Positions 28,787-41,437 of a stretch of DNA of 64,000 nucleotides are shown here, piece by piece; the stretch's first letter is position 1; each line of letters opens with the position of its first letter. The DNA lies in contig OZ231126.1 in the NCBI GenBank assembly GCA_965153355.1, positions 11,532,001 through 11,596,000 of the forward strand, in the 5' to 3' direction. The notes beneath the pieces are model-generated. The model worked only from the letters and a program-made list of their open reading frames with translations, ran no database searches and was not told the origin of the DNA. A program made the translations under genes and the position numbers. This DNA comes from Flaccisagitta enflata. Lineage: Eukaryota.

Positions 28787-29507
28787 GGCAGAGGACTGAA
28801 GGAAAGAATGTCATCCTTATCGAAGATTGCTTTTCGTTTTGTAAAATGGAGGGAAAGAGAGAGGCCAAGTCTAAAGATGCGGGTTTGGGTGATGCAATAG
28901 AAATAAATATAATGAATTTATTCAAGGACAAGCCAACTTAATTCATTGAGATCAAGGCCAAAATGATCATAAACTGATAAAGAAAGTAATGAATAATAGA
29001 ACGACAGAAGCAACGTGGTTACTCTAGATCTTGAGACTAGTGTATATTGATGAGAGTAAGGAAATGCAACGTGGTGCTTGATTGGTTGTCCGCTAGAACT
29101 AGTAATGTGACTCTTGGCAAAGATAACGTAGGAATCTTAAAACAAAACAAAACAAAACAAAACAAAACAAAACAAAACAAAACAAAACAAAACAAAACAA
29201 AACAAAACAAAACAAAACAAAACAAAACAAAAGTTTGGCATAGAAGCAGACCACCCATCCAACAAACTAGACTAGTTATGCAAGGAAAGATACAAATTCA
29301 TCGGAAAGGTTTCAAAGAAGTCTCTGTCGCGACGAATGCATTTAATATTGTGAAGATTTTAATTGAAAGAAACTCTATATAATTTCAAATACTTTACGAG
29401 TCTGAACTTGAGTAGTGAGAATTAAGACATAGAAAGGTCAGCGCCCAAGAAGACAGATTTACGAGCAAAAAGTATAAAACAAAAGAATTTAATGAGTTTT
29501 GATGAAA

Positions 29508-29860
29508 GTTGACGCCAGAGACGGGCAGAGTGCGAAAGGATAAAGTGAGTTGAAAGCGATTTATTGAAAAAGATGACAACTAAGATAAACGTACTACGAG
29601 CAGATGATTAATAAAAGAATATGTCTCTATAAATTCAGGTTGACGCCAGAGACGCGCCGAGTGTGAATTGTGGAAGGATGGAGTGAGTTGATAACGATTT
29701 ATTGTATTGAAATAGATGACAACTAATAGATAAATGAACGAAAAGATAAACGAACTACGAGCAGATGATTAACAAAAGAATATGTCTCTATGAATTCATG
29801 TTGACGCCAGAGACGCGCCGAGTGTGAATTGTGGAAGGATGGAGTGAGTTGAAAGCGATT
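29508..29860. repeat. Imperfect tandem triplication (130-160 bp)
   Basis: GTTGACGCCAGAGACG...GTGAGTTGA at about 29508, 29639 and 29800. Confidence 0.8.
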
Positions 29861-30014
29861 TGTGGACATGAGAGACAATCACTTGTTTCTTCAAAGTCCG
29901 ATTGACGGAAATTTTACCTAGACGAGCGGATAGTCAGATGTGCGCTGATAATAACAAACATGAGACTACGTGGCCGTGGCCGACATGATATCGGACATTT
30001 CGGATTCATGGATA

Positions 30015-30575
30015 CAGTATGTTTCAACTCGTTTGGAACATTATACGACGGCATAACTCTAAAAGTAATAGAGATAATCAAATTCTGAAAAATATGTAAG
30101 AAAGGTTGTTGTTTGGCATTTTATATCAAACAATTCCCAGGGATTGTCTATAGAAGTTTGATACTGTTTACACCGGGGGGAGCTATAGGTCAAATTATGC
30201 AAAAAAAGTTATTTTTCTCTCTTTTTTTCAAAAAACTATATCCATAGACAATTTTCTCGCTCTATTTTCATAAACTACATTAAAATATCTTATATTCAAA
30301 ACCTATCTGGTATGAAAATCTTGAAATTCTTTCAAAATAAGAACAACATAAGAAAACAATTTTTTCACCAAACGACATGATGAATTACTTTGATAAGCAT
30401 TATTTTCAGTTTTTGATATGTTAAGGGGATTAGATTTTTCCAAAAAATCACCGGAATTAATCATCATAAAATGCCAAACTGTCACCTATGAAAGGTTTTT
30501 TTCAGAATTTGAATATCTCTATTACTTCTAGAGTTATGCCGTCGTATAATGTTCCAAACGAGTTGAAACATACTG
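30015..30575. mobile_element. TA-flanked MITE (Tc1/mariner-type)
   Basis: TIR of about 60 bp, CAGTATGTTTCAACTCGTTTGGAACATTATACGACGGCATAACTCTA; TA on both sides. Confidence 0.85.
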
Positions 30576-30739
30576 TAGGTATTTCATACAAGGCAAAAAG
30601 ATACAAGAGAGATGGAAAGATTATGGGAGGGGTAAAAGAAAGGGGAACATGCCGTTGCTTTCGACGCGAGCCTTTTTGGCATGAAAGCTGAATGAATGAA
30701 ACAACTGAACCAAGTTAAGAAAGACAGAAAAAAATCAGA

Positions 30740-30776
<37 letters not shown>

Positions 30777-31328
30777 CAGAAACTCACATTTCGTTTGAAT
30801 CAAGCGCATCGATAATGACAGAGGCGTTGAAAAAAAGAGGGAAGACAGACAGTAGGACAGACAGTGTGACATTTTTCCATACTGAGAAAGACAGTCAGCC
30901 TGACAGAGAGACAGACAGACAGAGAGACCGGCAGAAAGGGAGACAGGCAAGACAAAAGAATGAGCAAGAGTTATATGGGAGAACTGAAAAGCTATAATTA
31001 TGTCGACGGTTGCGAGCCTCTTTGAAAAGGAATTCACTGAATGGAACAACATGATTGGTAAATGACAAAGAGGTAGAGAGAGACAGACAGGCTAACTGAC
31101 TAGTAGGCAAATCTGTATACTTACAGAAAGACAAAGAGACACAGACAAAAAGACCAACTGGCAGGCAAATATCTATACTTACAGAAAGACAGAGAGACAG
31201 ACAGAAAGAAACCAACTATCAGGCAAAGATTTATATAGACAGACAGAAAGACAGAAAGGCAGACAGACAATCACTCAAAGACAAAGAGAGTGAATGGCAA
31301 TTTTATCAAAGCAGACAATGAGCGATAC

Positions 31329-31387
<59 letters not shown>

Positions 31388-31489
31388 GAGGCAGACAGTC
31401 AGACGGAAAGAAAGAAAGACAGACATACGGACAGAACGGTGGGTCGGCAGAGACACATAGATAAGGAGTCGAGATATTCAACCGGACAG

Positions 31490-31722
31490 AAACAAGGCCG
31501 GATACACGGCTACCCCAGTCGCGTGCGGGTGGGCAGGGGCCATAATTGAGGTCACTCCATCATTTGGGCAGGAGCAGTGAGGCCAAAAACCGCAAAAACC
31601 CAAAAAAGTAAAGTGTGACGGATGGACCGACGGACGGACCGACGGACGGACGGACCGACGGACGGACGGACCGACGGACCGACAAAGCGGGGTGTAGAGT
31701 CGCGTAGCACGCGACTAAAAAA
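31490..31722 (-). mobile_element. HINE-like element, main family (other copies 34619-34876, 44517-44705, 45477-45726, 46780-46982)
   Basis: AACAAGGCCGGATACACGGCTACCCCAGTCGCGTGC...(GGAC)n...GTAGAGTCGCGTAGCACGCGACTAAAAA. Confidence 0.8.
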
Positions 31723-32162
31723 AGGAACAAAAAGACAGACAGACAGACGGACAGACAGACAGACAGACATAAGGAAAGACAGACACAGCAGATGGTAAAT
31801 TGCGGTGGAGAAGAAAGCGAATCGTGCCATTGGTCGTGAGCCTCATTTAAAGAGAACTTCACTCAATGGATCAATCCAATTCGGGAATTCAGTCGTGAAC
31901 TCTCTCAAAAGCAGAACCAACAAGGCCGGATACACGGCCAATAAGTAGTCGCTGGCGGGTGGGCAGGGGCAGTAATTCGGGTGAGCAGGGGCAGTATGTG
32001 GCAGGGCAGGGTCTGTAATGTGGCTGGGCAGGCGCAGTAGTGCTCAGAAATCATTTTTCAGTCGATTTCGCGTCGTCCAAAATTTCGCGTTAGCAACATA
32101 CCTACCTACCTACCTACCGACCAAGGGACACACCCTCTTATAGAGTCGCTTAGCCAGTGACT

Positions 32163-33070
32163 AACAGGTCGCCCAAGGGCAATATGTGGTCAGCGATACC
32201 CGTTGCCCTGCTCTGCATGATTGTGAATCAGAGTGAAAGGAAGCAGGGCAGCGGCCCCGAAGGGGACAAAGTCCTGTAGAACACAGGGGGACTTTCGTTC
32301 GTCCTAGCTAAAATGTAGATGAGATGCTATAATCAGCTGATTGTAGGCCTTCAAGAGTATGAAGGCTTTTCGAAGGCTAACTAGAGGCTCAGGAGGCCAG
32401 GTTTGAGGCCATCGCATGTGACCGGCCGGATTTGAGGCCTGAGAAGCCATATTTGAGAGGCTGGATTTGAGGCTTGAGAGGCTAATTTGAGGCCTGAGAG
32501 GCCAGATTTTTGGCCTTCAAGGCCAGATGAGGCCTGAGAGGCCGGATTTGAGAGGCTGGAATTGAGGCTTGAGAGGCCAGATTTGAGGCCTGACAGGCCA
32601 TATTTCAAGCCTGAGAGGCCAGATTTTAGGCTTGAGAGGCCTGATTTGAGAACTGAGAGGCCTGATGGTGGGGACAGACGAACAAACGAACGAACGGACG
32701 GACGAGCCCTCTCAGGCCTCAAATCAGCCTTGATCTCCTATAGGGGGCCCCGAAGGAGACAAAGTCCTGTAGAACATTTATCAAGCCTGATTTGAGGCCT
32801 GGGAGGCCAAATTTGAGGCCTAAGAGATCAGGTTTGAGGCCTGAGAATTTGAATTTGAGGCTTGAGAGGCTGGATTTGGGGCTTGAGAGGCTAGATTTGA
32901 GGTCTCAGAGCCAGATTTCAGGCCTGAGAGGCTGGATTTGAGGTCTCCAAGGCCAAATTTGAGGTCTGAGGGGCCTGATGAGGGGGGGGGGGACGGACGA
33001 ACGAACGGACGAACGAAAGTCCCCCTGTGTTCTACAGGACTTCGTCCCCTTCGGGGCCGCTGCCCAAAAA
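32163..33070. mobile_element. Long-IR element with a 21-bp internal array
   Basis: Same leader and IRs as 27903-28786; internal unit GAGGCCTGAGAGGCCAGATTT. Confidence 0.75.
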
Positions 33071-33082
33071 GGAACAAAAAAG

Positions 33083-33993
33083 AAACAAGGCCGGATACAC
33101 GGCTACCTCAGTCGCGTGCGGGTGGGCAGGAGCAGTGCTAGAGAAGGTCACTAGAGCATTTGGGCAGGAGCAGTAGGATCAACCAGTCGCCCATGGGCAA
33201 TATGTAGTCAGCGATACCCGTTGCCCTGCTTTGAGTGATTGTGAATTGGAGTGAGGGGAAGCAGGGCAGCGGCCCCGAAGGGGACGATGTCCTGTAGAAC
33301 AGGCAATTTTGTTCGTCCTGCTTGAAGAATTGGATGAGATGCTGACTGGCCTTTAAGAACCCCAACTGGGGTGTAAGAAGAGTGATGAAAGGCCTGAGAA
33401 TGTCCATTGGAAGCTTGAGATGGCTGGCTTGAGGCTTGAACGAGCTGGATTAAGGCTTGAAAGGTCAGGACTGATTTGAAGCCTGAGAGCAATACATTAA
33501 GGCTTAGATAGCTGATTTTAGGCCTGAGAGTCCTAATTTGAGGCCTGAGACTCTCAGGCTGAGAGGCAGGTTTGAGCCCTGAGAATTTGGATTTGAGGCC
33601 TGAGAAGCCTAAATTGAGGCCTGAGAGGCGAGGTTTGAGACCTGAGAGGTTGGATTTGAGACCTGAGAGGCCGGATTTATGGCCTGAGAGGCTGGATTTG
33701 AGAACTGAGAGGCTGGATTTGAGGCCTGAGAGGCCAGATTTGAGGCCTGAGAGGCCAGATTTGAGGCCTGAGGGGCCTGTTGAGATGGGGGGGGGGGGGA
33801 CGAATGGACAAACGAACGAACAAACAAACGAAAGTCCCCTGTGTTCTACAGGACATCGTCCCCTTCGGGGCCGCTGCCCAAAAAGCTCAAAAATGCTGAA
33901 AAAGTGAAAAGGGGACCGACCAACCGACCGACCGACCGACCGAACGACCATCCGACATAGCGGGGTGTAGAGTCGCATAGCACGCGACTAAAA
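33083..33993. mobile_element. HINE interrupted by a long-IR/21-bp-array element (33181-33884)
   Basis: Flanks 33083-33180 and 33885-33993 join into a complete HINE matching 34619-34876. Confidence 0.75.
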
Positions 33994-34200
33994 AGGAGAA
34001 TAAAATTAGTTTTCTTATCCTCAACAATCTCAATTCTATGTAAAAGATGAAAATGAAACGAGGTAAAGTAGCCCAACCTTGGCTTCGATTATGGCAGAAT
34101 AATGGCAGATAGTTTTGCTGTATCCTTGAGAACCTTAAAAAGTGTAAACCAATTTGTACAGTACCTCAAATGCGCTAAAATGTCTTTTTGTTTTAAAAAG

Positions 34201-34412
<212 letters not shown>

Positions 34413-35651
34413 GTAGAACCGGTTTTAACAACTTTTTACGTTTGCTTACGAAAACATTTAGTTTGAATGTCGCCATCTTTGATAAAAAAGAAAACATACA
34501 GAATAAGCAAAACCCATTATACTTTCGGTTTTCGGTTTTACCTGTTTGGCTGTCCAAGCAATTGGCCAACTGCTGCATAATATTATTTTTCTCGAGGAGA
34601 TGGTGAAACGTAGAAATGAAACAAGGCAGGATACACGGCTATCCCAGTCGCGTGCGGGTGGGCAGGAGCAGTGCTGTTGAATGTCACTAGAGTATTTGGG
34701 CAGGAGCAGTAAGCTCAAAAAGCTCCCAAACGCCGAAAAAAGTTAAAAGGGGACCAACCGACCGACCGACCAACCAACCAACCAACCAACCAACCAACCA
34801 ACCAACTAACCGACCAACCGACCGACCGACCGACTGACAAAGCGGGGTGTAGAGTCGCGTAGCACGCGACTAAAAATGGGAAAAATAAGCACAGCAGTGA
34901 TTCAACAGTGTAGACGTGGAGCACTTTTGATAAAAACACTTTTAATAAAAAACAACCATAATGGAGCAGTAGCGAATAATGACCGTGGAATTGCTGATGG
35001 GCATGAGCTCCCTTCTCGCCAATCTTTTCTTTTGCAGCATATTCATTTTCAGGAATATTGTCAACAGCTTGTAGGATCCAAGGCGTCGAACGTACATTTT
35101 GTAAAATGACAATAGACTCATGCGTGAAGTTAAGATTTTTTTTGCAAACCTACCAGTTTCAATAAGAAACAAGTTGAATTCTACTCTGAGCGGAAACTCG
35201 TCAAGGACAAAGCAGACATTTGATATTTCGTCGTTTAAGGAAAAGGAAGAGAGTTTGTCGCTTCAAATCCTGTCTTTCCGCCTTCCCGCTCTTTTAATGT
35301 TGAAAAAAAAAGAAAAACGGAAACGATGCAGCAACAGGGGTCATCGGATTTTTTTCTCGGCACTCTGAATAAGAAATCTACACTTGTCGACACCGAAGAG
35401 GAAGAGGAAGCGCGTTTTGATTTACTGTCCGATCTTTGCGTTTTTGTGTAAAAAAGAATATGTATGTCATATTTTCGTCAGCATAATTAGCCACAGTACA
35501 TACAATGCATCATACAGTAACAAAAGAAAACATTTAGGTAATATGTAAGAAAAAAATGGTAAAATAGGAGCAGTTCCAGTATCATTAACAGCTTGAGTAA
35601 GCGTCAAAGATCTCAATTTGGATTGCATGTCAACCGTTAACAGCGAAAAAA

Positions 35652-35745
35652 GTCTTAGCTGTCTCCTTATCTTAGCTGTCTCCTTGTCTTAGCTGTCTCC
35701 TTGTCTTGGCTGTCTCCTTGTCAAAAAGTCTTAGCTATCTCCATG
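35652..35745. repeat. 17-bp tandem repeat
   Basis: GTCTTAGCTGTCTCCTT, about 5 copies. Confidence 0.8.
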
Positions 35746-36126
35746 TCAAATTTCATCATGCTTAGGCATTCTTAGGCATTTTTACTATCTATATTGATCA
35801 TATTAATTTTATGCCTAATTATGTGAGACCTGTTAATCTTCATCATGTCAATAACAATACCAATACCAATCTTCATCATACCAATACCAATGAAAATGGA
35901 TAGATCGGATACACGGCACTAACTTACTCTTCGACTTTCAGGCGGGGAGCTCGGGATGAAAGTTTTTCCACTCCCAGATCAAACATAAAATGTCTAAACG
36001 AAGAATACCAAACTGATATTCGATGAACGGACATATTGATAGCCATTGATAGGCAATCTTCTAGAGATGTGGTTACGCATCTAAACTTTTTGTCGAAAGT
36101 AATTTAGTACGTCATTTTGAATCAAA

Positions 36127-38392
36127 ATGGAACAAGAACAAAATAACAACAATGTCAAAGGGCTCACGGAAAGTAGGGCAACAGATGATGGAGCACCAAG
36201 ACAACCCCACCCTTCGTCATCATTATCACTGCCATCGATCTCAGGATTGCCTCAATCAGAAGTAAGAACGAGTTTTTCAAACAACAAAATAGGAGAACAG
36301 AATGTTGCAAGCATAATAATAAAAAACGAGGTTTCTCTTGATGGAGACGTGCAAAAAAGTCAGGCCGACGGACATGGCTCAAAATCACACCCTTTACCAA
36401 AAGACAGAGGGGGAAATACGGCTGAAACTCGTCGTACTTATCCAGTTTTGAAGATTTGGATACGTCAAAATCTGTTTCTCTATGAGTTTTTCAGGAAGCT
36501 TTACTCCGAGATGACCCACGATGAAGTCAAAGATGAAAATGATGATATGAATCTGGCTGAGCTTATAGCAAGCCTTAAGGACAGATATGGCGAGTTGAGA
36601 CAAGACTTATTTAAGAGGATTGAGAATGAGCATCATGAGATTAGACAGTTACCATCCGCTCTTAATGGGGAGATGCGGTGGAACCAAATCAACGCGCTTA
36701 CAAAAGCAGTGGCGGATAGTTTCCATTCGAAAAAAGTTTTCAGTCAAGGGTTCACCATTGACTGGGCTAGACAAAAGCATGTTGGATGGGTTGACCTTTT
36801 TTACCTTAAGATTTGTTACCGGGGTGACGAAGTTGCACAAGGCTATCTTCACGAGTTAGAAAACAGCACGCTCCCACTCACTCAACCGAAAATGGAACAA
36901 CACTATTTTTCCACCCAACTGCCTTCTCCATATGTTTCACGTCCGCAGCTTGAACAAACGGTCAAACAGCACACTGATGGTGAAAGATTAGTCTACCTTT
37001 TTGGCCAATGCGGTAGTGGCAAATCCACCCTCGCACATCAAAATTTGAAAGGGGAAGAAGAATATTTCCCTGTTCAATTTCCCGATGCTCTTCCGGATGA
37101 AAAACCCCAAATAACGATAGAACGATTTGCCGAGGAGGTCTTGGAGAAATGCGGCGCGTTGCCACCACTGATTGACTCAATTAGTGACATTTTAAGGCCA
37201 ACTAGTCGCCTCCTCAGTTTCCTTAAGAAGCAGGATGGGAAAAAGTTTGTTCTTGATCCAATTGACGATGTTCTGAGAACAGAGCAGACCACAGAATGCT
37301 TCATCAATTATCTTAACGATTTACTGAATACCAATGTATCATTAGTCTTGATCTCAAGTCTAAATGAAAGTAGCAAGTTGAAAATGTGCAGCAAAAATAT
37401 ACGCATTCCAATATTCTCAGAAGATGAAAGCATCTATTTTCTCACCCAGTTTTTCGCTACCAAGGATAGTTCGGAATTCTTTGAAGATTTTGATTATGCA
37501 ACGATTGCCCGCTATTCGGGGTACAATCCAAAAGCTTTGAAAATCGTCGCGAATGCCTTGAAGGAAAAGATAGATATCTACGACTCTCTGACCAGAGAGG
37601 ACTTTTTATACACGTTGAATACTGCTGGCGTTAAAGAGAAAGTGGAACTAGATGAAATTATCCACGGGAGGATCGAGGGATTAGATCAGAAAACCAAAGT
37701 AATCCTTGAAGCTGTGTCTCTCTTCCCCCAAACGTTCCGCTTCAAGAGCGTTTGTGATTTACTGAACATCGATAATGTTCACACTATACTGTTTCAAGAA
37801 TCTGTAGCAAGTATTCAATCTGACGAACCGATTGACCTGACCGTGAATAGAGAAAATGCAAATTTGCACATCAAAGAACTTCAAGAAAATGTCATGGGGA
37901 AAAAGCAGGCAGAATTGAAAGACATTTGCTACAGAGCATTAAAAGAACTCATGAAAATGATGATGGTGGAGAAAAAAGATGGCCTATTTTGGTTAGATCC
38001 GTACGTCAGGCAAATTGCATTCAAAGTCTTTGCAAATAATCCCTTCCAATACCTTAAAGTTGAGTTTGGTCGCATTCAGATTCAAAAGTTACTGAAAAAG
38101 GCAACCGCCAAATCCATGTTGCCGACACGAGCAGAAATTCGACAATTGGTTGTTATGATTCTGAACAAATTCCCAGATGAACATCCGGCAAATATCCTTC
38201 ACTTCTCGCGTAATGAGATAAAGGAGATTTTTGCAGATGTCCAGGTGCCCATTAGCAAAGTTGTTTCGTGGTTAACGAGTTTTCAAGTTTTCTACAGTCC
38301 CTCTGAATATTTCAATACATGCGACATTTTGATGACTTGTTCTCCATTGGGAGCTGCAACTCAAACCGATAATGCCAACTCAAACTTTCGAG
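36127..38392 (+). CDS. STAND-class (NB-ARC/NACHT-like) P-loop NTPase, exon 1
   Basis: 759-aa ORF with non-repetitive composition; YVSR pre-P-loop motif, Walker A GQCGSGKS, Walker B FVLDPIDD, GxP-like motif SGYNPKALKIVA; phase-1 donor CGAG|gtaatt. Confidence 0.85.
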
Positions 38393-38554
38393 GTAATTCA
38401 TGGTAAAAAATTCCATCAATATCATATTAGATCAGCCAAAGACCCTTGATACCATCGTGACGCTCGCGGAAACCCTTTTCAATGGGAAATTCTACATTTT
38501 AGTAATCGATAGAAACAAATTCTAATCCTATGTTTCAACTCATCAAAATGACAG

Positions 38555-38737
38555 ATTTGCATGAAAACCGGAGTTATTCAGAAGCTCCAAAATGGCCATT
38601 TTTCCAATCTCCGCGAAGCACAGCATCTTCAACTTGTTCTCCGGCACCACCAACACCTGCCTCGTCACGCCCAGGGTCGGGCTACTGGACTCCATATTCA
38701 CAAGTTTCTTCCGCACCAACTCCAGCCAGTCATAGAG
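38555..38737 (+). CDS. STAND gene exon 2 (Ser/Pro-rich, symmetric phase 1-1)
   Basis: acag|AT acceptor and G|gtagag donor; 183 nt; keeps frame with exon 1 (DLHENRSYSEAP...PTPASHR). Confidence 0.65.
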
Positions 38738-39416
38738 GTAGAGCTCACTGGTCCAGGATGACCATCTATCAAGGAGAATAACGTTTCTTAACTTCACCAC
38801 CCTTAACCACCCCTATTCAGCATACACACTGGCCCAGATTGACCAGATGAATTACTTGTCTCAACATTCACCACCCCTAATCACCTTTAAAGGTGAATTA
38901 GTTATCTCAACATTCACTCTGAGTAAAGGTTATCTTGGACAGAGCACATGTTGATTGTAAAAACCTTCAAGAACTGTCCAGGCTGAGTATATCAGATCAT
39001 GTAAAGGTTTTTTTTTCAAATGATGCATCTTTTTTGCAGCCAAAATAACCTTGTTCCTAAATGCCCTCATTTTACATCCATATCCACAGCACATTCTCAC
39101 AATAAGCGAGTATAATCTTGCTCTGTCTCGTGATCTGTCTCGGTTCCCAAGTGGTTTTGCCTCTACTTCAATCAAGTTTTGGTACAGTTACCAATACGTA
39201 TCAAGCGTATTGGTGAAATTCGATTTTTAGTCGCGTGCTACGCGACTCTACACCCTGCTTTGTTGGTTCGTCAGTCCGTTGGTCCGTCCGTCCGTCCGTC
39301 TGTCCATCCGTCCATCCGTCACACTTTACTTTTTTTGGGTTTTTGCGGTCTCTGGCCTCACTGCTCACTGCTCCTGCCCAAATGATGCATTGACCTCAAT
39401 TACGGCCCCTGCCCAC

Positions 39417-39674
39417 TAAGGCCATGCGGATTTGGCCGTGAGAAGGCCAAGGCTCGGTTTTGAGGCCAAACCCGAAATTCGGTTTTGCCTTCAGGCCCGA
39501 CTTTGTTTTATAGGATATTTTTTCTTTTATATTATTCTTTTAATCTCACTTATCAAATCGTTTTTGTATTTTTTTCTCACCTTTTTAATAATATCATGTG
39601 TGTGTGTATGTGTACATTTATGCATGTGTGTATGTTTACAAATGTGTGTGTCTGTCTGTCTGTCTGTCTGTTTA

Positions 39675-39723
<49 letters not shown>

Positions 39724-40063
39724 ACTTGCATTTATTTGCTGTTTTTTTTCTTATTACAATGTTCAAACTTAGTCTTCTCCCCTTTTTTATTAACCTTTTA
39801 TCTCAGATTTATATATTTGTTTTTCTTTTTTTCTCTCAATTTTTGTTCTTGTTCTTTTTTTCTCTATTTTCTTTCTTTCACTTATTCTTCTCTCTCTATT
39901 TTTCTCTTATTTTTTCTCCTCTTTTGCAAATAACCAAATATCTTTTTGTCACTATATTTATTTAAAAACCCGATATAAACCCGTAATAAACCCGAGGAAA
40001 GGTTTTGAGGTATTCCGAACCCGAACCGAAACCGCGGAAAAAAACGCCATTTGCAAGGCCTTA
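39417..40063. mobile_element. hAT-type MITE inserted in a HINE (39224-40109)
   Basis: TIR TAAGGCC(A/T)TGC, 8-bp TSD CTGCCCAC at 39409-39416 and 40064-40071, subterminal AACCCG/CCGAA repeats. Confidence 0.85.
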
Positions 40064-40648
40064 CTGCCCACCCGCACGCGACTAGGGTAGCCGTGTATCC
40101 GGCCTTGTTCAAAAAAAAAACAGCTAAAGCAGTAAGATATCTCAGTACAATTGATTCTACTGACTTTATTGGATGGATTTTCTTTGGAAATGATTAAATG
40201 ACTTTCTACAATCTTACGAATTTACGATCTCAAGATCTTTCAATCTTACAATTTCAAATGTTTTGGATTTTTATTGTCAAGGACCCTGTTGGGAAAGACG
40301 CATCATTAGGCTTTCATGGGCTATCCATGAAGCAGTTTTACAATTACTTGTATTTGTAATCCCATGTTTCAACATAAAATTCATTCATTCATTCATTTGT
40401 TCACCACCCCTAATCACCGTCACAATGGCCCAGAATAACCACCTATTTAGAAGAATTACTTATCTCAACATTCACCACCCTTAACCACCCCTAATCACCA
40501 TGGGGTAAAAAAAGTCAGGCTTACAACGCCAGAAATATTACTGAAGGTATAAAGCCTAAAACAAATGATAAAATTGTGATAGTTGGGAATGTAATTTCCA
40601 ATGGGGAAACAAATTCTAATTCTATGTTTCATCTCATCAAAATGGCAG

Positions 40649-40822
40649 ATTTCCATGAAAACCTGAATTATTCAGAAGCTCCATTTTCCGAATCTCCGCA
40701 AAACATGGCATCGGTATCTTGCTTTCTAGCGCCACCAACGCCAGCTTCTTCACGTCCAGAGTCGGGATACTGGAGTCCACTATCGCAAGCCTCTTCTGCA
40801 CCGACTCCAGCCAGTCATAGAG
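40649..40822 (+). CDS. STAND gene exon 3 (diverged duplicate of exon 2)
   Basis: gcag|AT acceptor and G|gtgggg donor; 174 nt; paralogous to 38555-38737 with an in-frame 9-nt deletion. Confidence 0.6.
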
Positions 40823-41243
40823 GTGGGGTTAGAATAAGTCAGGCTTACAAGAGGGGACATCTAAAGACTGATAGAAAGTGACACCTTTGAGGTGAAAAGC
40901 GACTTTATTGCTAGAAAATGATAAAAAAAATCTTTCAGTCTATGCAACTGTATTTGGGCGGAAGCAGTAATGCAAAAATCACCCGGAAACACCAAAAAAG
41001 CAGTGTTACTGACGGACCAGCCAATCATCCGACGGACAAAGCGGGTTATAGGGTCGCGTGCATGCTACTAAAAATGTGTGCAACGCAATAATGATCCTCC
41101 CTGATCTCTTGAAGCTGGAACATCTTCCAACGGTATAAAAATCATAGATGTATCTAGTTTATTCTTACAAGAAGATTGATTAGATTGGCATATGCCTAGA
41201 ACATGCCAGTGAAAACAATGATGCTTCACATCCTCTCTAACAG

Positions 41244-41437
41244 ATATGGACAGTCCTTATGGTGTCACAGAGTGGGGGGAGCAAAACAAATATCCACCGA
41301 CTTTGCACCTCAATCCTTCGACTCCGGCACTAATTCACCCGATGGACCCCGGATCCTATGCGGCGGGGATGCCTATGACTATGTCACATATTCAACATGT
41401 TTCCACCCACTCTTTCTATGGTATGCCGCGTCGTTAA
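41244..41437 (+). CDS. STAND gene terminal exon
   Basis: Strong acceptor ctctctaacag|AT, phase 1; DMDSPYGVTEWG...YGMPRR then TAA. Confidence 0.6.

Noticed and set aside
33208-33978. 256-aa ORF with SGLKSGL heptad repeats (also 32381-32795 and 28117-28931)
   Set aside because: Conceptual translation of 21/20-bp arrays inside non-coding transposons.
36127-38392. Horizontal transfer of the STAND gene
   Set aside because: Composition is compatible with the host, downstream GT-AG exons are predicted, and single-exon NBDs are common in animal NLRs; no evidence without a phylogeny.
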